Of a stretch of DNA of 64,000 nucleotides, positions 59,654 to 64,000 are shown piece after piece. The DNA lies in the IMG/VR virus record IMGVR_UViG_3300021960_000024. One strand, 5' to 3'. The notes under the pieces were generated by a model. That model was not told the origin of the DNA. It made no database searches and saw only the letters and a list, made by a program, of their open reading frames with translations. A program made the translations under genes and the position numbers. This DNA is from an uncultured virus (IMG/VR IMGVR_UViG_3300021960_000024) (taxonomy: Duplodnaviria; Heunggongvirae; Uroviricota; Caudoviricetes). How positions within the stretch are numbered: the stretch's first letter is position 1; each line of letters starts with the position of its first letter.

Positions 59654-60301
59654 ATGAAACTATTTTCAGAGGCAGTCGAAGAAGTAGAGTATATCTGCGA
59701 AGCAAAGGAAGACGGTAGTAAGAACTACAAGATTCGTGGTATCTTCATGCAGGCTGACATCAAGAACCGTAATGGTCGGGTGTATCCTATGGAAGTACTT
59801 CAAAAAGAAGTTGGAAAATACAACAAGAACTTTATTAAAGAAAATCGTGCATTTGGTGAGCTTGGACATCCAGACGGACCAACCGTCAATCTGGAACGAG
59901 TGTCACATATGATCACGTCTTTAGAACCTGATGGAAAAAACTTTATTGGTGAGGCAAAAATTATGGCTACACCAATGGGTGAGATTGTGAAGAGTCTTAT
60001 GGATGAAGGTGCAAAACTGGGCGTTTCCTCACGGGGAATGGGCAGTCTAGATCAAAAAGGTGGTGCGAACTATGTGCGGGACGACTTCTATCTCGCAACA
60101 GCAGCAGATATTGTTGCTGACCCTTCTGCACCAAACGCTTTTGTTGAAGGTATTATGGAAGGTAAAGAGTGGGTTTGGAACAACGGAGCGTTGTTGGAAG
60201 CGGAAATGGTAGAGATGAAAAAAGGATTTGATGTTAAGGAACGTCAGAGAAACGCAACTAAGGAAGCTTTAGCATTTGCTAAGTTTCTTAAAAGACTTTA
60301 A
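59654..60301 (+). CDS. gp21: Prohead protease gp21
   Basis: GIFMQA...NRNGRVYP, GELGHP, LGVSSRGMGS, ADIVADPSAPNAFV. Confidence 0.97.
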   Translation: MKLFSEAVEEVEYICEAKEDGSKNYKIRGIFMQADIKNRNGRVYPMEVLQKEVGKYNKNFIKENRAFGELGHPDGPTVNLERVSHMITSLEPDGKNFIGEAKIMATPMGEIVKSLMDEGAKLGVSSRGMGSLDQKGGANYVRDDFYLATAADIVADPSAPNAFVEGIMEGKEWVWNNGALLEAEMVEMKKGFDVKERQRNATKEALAFAKFLKRL

Positions 60302-60303
60302 GT

Positions 60304-60311
60304 TATAAATA
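60304..60311 (+). promoter_or_regulatory. T4-type late promoter
   Basis: TATAAATA upstream of gp22. Confidence 0.8.
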
Positions 60312-60342
60312 ATCATTACAGATGAAGGTAAGGAGACACCCT

Positions 60343-61611
60343 ATGTCAGAACTAGAACAAACAATTGAAGAGCTCGAAGCAGAAGTGCTTGCAGAGCTTG
60401 AAGAAGCGAGTGACGCCCAGACAAAGGGTGCTGCTCCTGCCGAAGGCAAAAAGAAAATTGATGCAGTAACACCCGGTGGCGAAGTTGCCGATGTTGGTGG
60501 TGCTGATCCAGAAGCTAAAGTTGAAAAAGATGCCGATGAAGATCGTGAAGAGAAAGCGATTGGTAAGAAGGCCGCTGCAGCTGCAAAAGCAGTTTCAGGT
60601 GATGCACAACAGAAGGGCGCTGGTAAATCAGACGGTCCTCAGAAACTCGCTGCTGGTCATGTACCAGAAGAGGGTGAAGTTGTCACAGAAGCAAAACGCA
60701 TGACGAAAGAAATGCTCAAAGCTGCAATGCATAAAAAGATGGAAGGCATGAAAGCCGTCGATCTGAAAGCCGCATATGAGAATATGATGGCCCCTGCTGA
60801 AGAAGAAGAAGAGATGGACGAAGCTGCAATGTCAGAACTCAAAAAACTTGAGGACGCAAAAGCAGAGATCGAAGAGAAGATCAAGTCCATCAATGTCAAG
60901 GAAGACGTTGACGCCCTCGTAGAAGGTGAAGACCTCTCCGAAGAGTTCAAGGACAAGGCAGCGACAATCTTTGAAGCTGCTGTTAAATCAAAAACCCGTG
61001 AGGAAATCTCTCGTATTCACGAAGATATGACTTCCGAGTTTGAAGTAAAACTGGAAGAGTCTGTTGATGCTCTTACAGAAAAAGTAGATACTTATCTCAA
61101 CTACGTTGTAGAGACATGGACTAAAGAGAACGAGTTGGCAATCGAACGTGGCCTAAAGGGTGAGATTGCAGAAGACTTTATCTCTGGACTGAAACAGTTG
61201 TTTGAAGATCACTATATTGATGTGCCTGATGAGAAATATGACCTTCTCGAAGCACAATCTGACAAAATTGCTGAACTGGAAGAGAAGGTTAACAGTGTCA
61301 TGGAGCAGAATATCTCCCTTACATCTGTTAAGTCCCAACTGGTTCGGGAACAGGTTATCTCTGAAGCTTGCGAAGAGTTGACCGATACCGAAATTGAAAA
61401 GTTCAAGTCTCTTACTGAAGATGTTGACTTTGTTGACGAAGAGTCCTTCAAAGCAAAACTCAACACCTTGAAGGAAAGTTATTTCCCTAAGACGATTGTT
61501 GAACAAACTTTTGATGATGAAGATGGTGGCACCGCACAGGACATTGATACGACTGAAGCTATGAGCGCTTACATGTCGGCAATCAGTCGTAACAAAGAGC
61601 GTGCCCAATAA
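60343..61611 (+). CDS. gp22: Prohead core scaffold protein gp22
   Basis: Acidic coiled coil; LSEEFK.KA.TIFEAAV, VD.YL.YVV..W, GLK.LF..HYI.VP, LKESYF; start 60343 (AAGGAG). Confidence 0.93.
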   Translation: MSELEQTIEELEAEVLAELEEASDAQTKGAAPAEGKKKIDAVTPGGEVADVGGADPEAKVEKDADEDREEKAIGKKAAAAAKAVSGDAQQKGAGKSDGPQKLAAGHVPEEGEVVTEAKRMTKEMLKAAMHKKMEGMKAVDLKAAYENMMAPAEEEEEMDEAAMSELKKLEDAKAEIEEKIKSINVKEDVDALVEGEDLSEEFKDKAATIFEAAVKSKTREEISRIHEDMTSEFEVKLEESVDALTEKVDTYLNYVVETWTKENELAIERGLKGEIAEDFISGLKQLFEDHYIDVPDEKYDLLEAQSDKIAELEEKVNSVMEQNISLTSVKSQLVREQVISEACEELTDTEIEKFKSLTEDVDFVDEESFKAKLNTLKESYFPKTIVEQTFDDEDGGTAQDIDTTEAMSAYMSAISRNKERAQ

Positions 61612-61647
61612 TATTATAAACAGATGTAATTAATAAAGGAGAAACAA

Positions 61648-62985
61648 ATGTTTCAGACAGAACATCTACAAGAAAAGTGGCAGCCAGTCCTAGAACACCC
61701 CGATCTACCAAAGATTGAGGATTCTTATAAGCGGGCAGTTACTACTCTCATCCTAGAGAACCAAGAAAAAGCAATGAAGGAAGACCGTGGTTTTCTTTCG
61801 GAAACAGCACCAACCAACAGCATGGGTGGTGGACAGATGGACACATGGGATCCAATTTTGATCTCACTAGTTCGTCGTGCAATGCCTAACCTAATCGCTT
61901 ATGACGTTTGTGGTGTGCAGCCAATGACAGGTCCAACGGGTCTGATCTTTGCTATGCGTTCAACACTTGCTTCACAGGATGGTGCAGAAGCTCTCGTTGA
62001 CGAAGCTTTCCCAGACATCTCAAACCAGAATGCTGCCGGTACAATCGGTGGTGGCGACGTTGGTGCAACAGAGACTAACCCTGCTGTTCTTAATGATTCC
62101 TCGCCAGGAACATATACTTCCGCAACAGGTATGACACGCAGTCAGGCTGAAGCACTTGGTGATAGCGGCACGAACGCTTTCGCTGAAATGGCATTCTCGA
62201 TTGAGAAGTCAACGGTTACTGCCGTTTCCCGTGCGCTCAAAGCTGAGTACACGATGGAACTTGCACAGGACTTGAAGGCAATTCATGGTCTTGACGCCGA
62301 GACAGAACTCAGCAACATTCTTTCTACAGAAATCCTTGCTGAAATCAACCGTGAAGTCATTCGTTCGCTGTATGTTACAGCCGTTGCGGGTGCTCAGGTT
62401 AATACAACTGCTGCTGGTACTTTTGATCTGGACACCGACTCAAATGGTCGTTGGTCAGTTGAGAAGTTCAAGGGTCTAATGTTCCAGATCGAACGTGACG
62501 CCAATGCGATTGGTCAACAGACCCGTCGTGGCAAGGGTAACATGCTGATCGTTTCAGCTGACGTTGCTTCTGCTCTTCAGATGGCCGGTGTTCTTGATTA
62601 CACACCTGCTCTGAACAACAACCTCGCCGTTGACGACACATCTTCTACCTTCGCTGGTACAATGAATGGTCGTTTCAAGGTATATGTTGATCCCTATTCT
62701 GCAAATGTTGCTGCTAGTCAGTATTATGTTTGTGGTTACAAGGGCACATCACCTTATGATGCTGGTTTCTTCTACTGCCCATACGTTCCACTACAGATGG
62801 TCCGTGCGGTTGGTGAGAATTCCTTCCAGCCTAAGATTGGTTTCAAGACCCGTTATGGTCTTGCTGCTAACCCATTCGCTGGTGCGGGTGCGGTTGCTGC
62901 TGGTGACACGGTTAATACCGATGCTTCACTGGATGCGAACACCAATGCTTGGTATCGTCGGGTTAAAGTTACTAACCTTATGTAA
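61648..62985 (+). CDS. gp23: Major capsid protein gp23
   Basis: LQEKW.PVL, LVRRAMPNLIAYD.CGVQPMTGPTGLIFAMR, SRALKAEYT.ELAQDLKAIHG, FQPKIGFKTRYG. Confidence 0.99.
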   Translation: MFQTEHLQEKWQPVLEHPDLPKIEDSYKRAVTTLILENQEKAMKEDRGFLSETAPTNSMGGGQMDTWDPILISLVRRAMPNLIAYDVCGVQPMTGPTGLIFAMRSTLASQDGAEALVDEAFPDISNQNAAGTIGGGDVGATETNPAVLNDSSPGTYTSATGMTRSQAEALGDSGTNAFAEMAFSIEKSTVTAVSRALKAEYTMELAQDLKAIHGLDAETELSNILSTEILAEINREVIRSLYVTAVAGAQVNTTAAGTFDLDTDSNGRWSVEKFKGLMFQIERDANAIGQQTRRGKGNMLIVSADVASALQMAGVLDYTPALNNNLAVDDTSSTFAGTMNGRFKVYVDPYSANVAASQYYVCGYKGTSPYDAGFFYCPYVPLQMVRAVGENSFQPKIGFKTRYGLAANPFAGAGAVAAGDTVNTDASLDANTNAWYRRVKVTNLM

Positions 62986-63006
62986 GATAAGGAAACTACT
63001 AAACTT

Positions 63007-63035
63007 GGGGGAGCATCTTGCTCCCCCTTTTTTTT
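63007..63035 (+). terminator. Rho-independent terminator after gp23
   Basis: GGGGGAGC-atctt-GCTCCCCC followed by T8. Confidence 0.92.
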
Positions 63036-63037
63036 GT

Positions 63038-63045
63038 TATAAATA
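63038..63045 (+). promoter_or_regulatory. T4-type late promoter
   Basis: TATAAATA just upstream of the ATG at 63051. Confidence 0.8.
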
Positions 63046-63050
63046 GATAC

Positions 63051-63635
63051 ATGGCAACTGCACAATCACCCCTCGCAAGACAACCGGACCAGTTAGACTA
63101 TGCAAGTCCAACTCAGTTCCGTTTTGGCATCAAACAATTACCAAAGGTAGAGTTCTTTACGATCAATGCAAACCTACCCGGCATCGGCGGCGCATCAGTA
63201 GATTTTGCAAACCCATTCAACAACATTCCAATCATGGGTGATAAACTCACTTATGCGGACCTTACTATCACATTTATCGTTGATGAGTATCTGGAAAATT
63301 ATCAATCACTACACAACTGGCTTACTGGTTATGGATTTCCATCCGACAGAGCTGAGTTTAGAGCGCATAGAGATGTGACCTCAAACACACCAGCTGGTGG
63401 TTCAACACCACCTGTTGACCTTATTAGAAATATAACTCCTGATAAAGCAATGTACTCAGATGCATTTCTTATGATTTTATCGAATAAGAATAACCCAATT
63501 CTAAATGTTAACTTTCAAAATGTATTTCCTATTTCACTCAGCGGATTAGATTACACGCAAGGTGCAACAGATGTCGAATATATGACTGCCGATGTTACTT
63601 TCAAATATCAAATCTATAAATTTGAGGGTGTCTAA
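63051..63635 (+). CDS. gp3: Tail tube terminator / completion protein gp3
   Basis: YASPTQFRF.I..LPKVEFF...ANLPG, GDKL.Y.DL..TFIVDE.L.NY, FP.SLSGL, F.Y..Y; start 63051. Confidence 0.88.
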   Translation: MATAQSPLARQPDQLDYASPTQFRFGIKQLPKVEFFTINANLPGIGGASVDFANPFNNIPIMGDKLTYADLTITFIVDEYLENYQSLHNWLTGYGFPSDRAEFRAHRDVTSNTPAGGSTPPVDLIRNITPDKAMYSDAFLMILSNKNNPILNVNFQNVFPISLSGLDYTQGATDVEYMTADVTFKYQIYKFEGV

Positions 63636-63641
63636 ATAAGA

Positions 63642-63761
63642 GTGAGCAGATTTGGTAAGCTTTAACAATTATCAAATCTTAGACTTAATTACTGGTGACA
63701 ACTCGTTCGAACTCATCAGGGTCAATATATCACAGAGAGAAACCAAACTGCTCATTTTTTT
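63642..63761 (+). ncRNA. Candidate structured small RNA / long-range terminator-like element
   Basis: 14-bp closing stem GTGAGCAG(A)TTTGGT / ACCAAACTGCTCAT plus T7; internal CTGGTGA/TCATCAG helix; CTAAATA just upstream. Confidence 0.45.
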
Positions 63762-63775
63762 ATTATGAGGTAAAC

Positions 63776-64000
63776 ATGGATTTAGAGACACTAAAACGAA
63801 CTGCAAGGGAAGACCTTCCCGTATCTGATCTAGAACACATTGATCAGGAATCTTTCAAAAATCAATTGATCAAACAGAAGTGGTTGGACTTCAAGGCAGA
63901 CTTTGAACTGCTTTTGGTTAAAGCTAAAACTGACCACCAACTTCTATATCGACAGAAGTGGGAATACTATGGTGGTAAGGCAGATGCAAAAGTGTATGCT
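63776..64000 (+). CDS. uvsY: UvsY recombination mediator (3'-truncated by the window)
   Basis: Read by hand: MDLETLK...IDQES...KWL...YRQKWEYYGGKADAKVY; position after gp3 is typical. Confidence 0.8.
   Translation, partial: MDLETLKRTAREDLPVSDLEHIDQESFKNQLIKQKWLDFKADFELLLVKAKTDHQLLYRQKWEYYGGKADAKVYA

Noticed and set aside
1..64000. Assignment as a cyanophage or to a specific host
   Set aside because: No host-diagnostic auxiliary genes (for example photosynthesis genes) are in this window; host assignment needs phylogeny or the rest of the genome.

Overview
This 64 kb window is part of a large T4-like (contractile-tailed) dsDNA bacteriophage genome of the marine/aquatic type. The host cannot be determined from this window. 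Almost all genes are on the + strand. In order: the 3' part of the gp41 helicase; a 2OG-Fe(II) oxygenase; an HNH endonuclease; a ~2.4 kb early region (several sigma70 promoters, tiny ORFs, a tRNA-like structured RNA, dispersed C-tract repeats); uvsX; then the late structural module. The late module runs gp5, PAAR, gp25, gp6, gp7-like, gp9/10-like, gp8, a VrlC/DUF4815-type protein split in two, an 11.5 kb repetitive fibre gene, gp13, two gp14 copies, gp15, gp16, gp17, gp18, gp19, gp20, gp67-like, gp21, gp22, gp23, gp3, and the start of uvsY. T4-type late promoters (TATAAATA) precede many late genes. The most striking observations are: (1) the VrlC-like gene is split, and its first half ends in a non-splicing Hint (intein-like) domain; (2) a set of modifying enzymes (two glycosyltransferase-like proteins, a methyltransferase, several 2OG-type oxygenases, four PP-loop/QueC-like proteins) is interleaved with virion genes; (3) there are two candidate structured ncRNAs; (4) a short and a giant fibre share both termini. 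All calls come from motif recognition and gene order by eye; no database searches were run.
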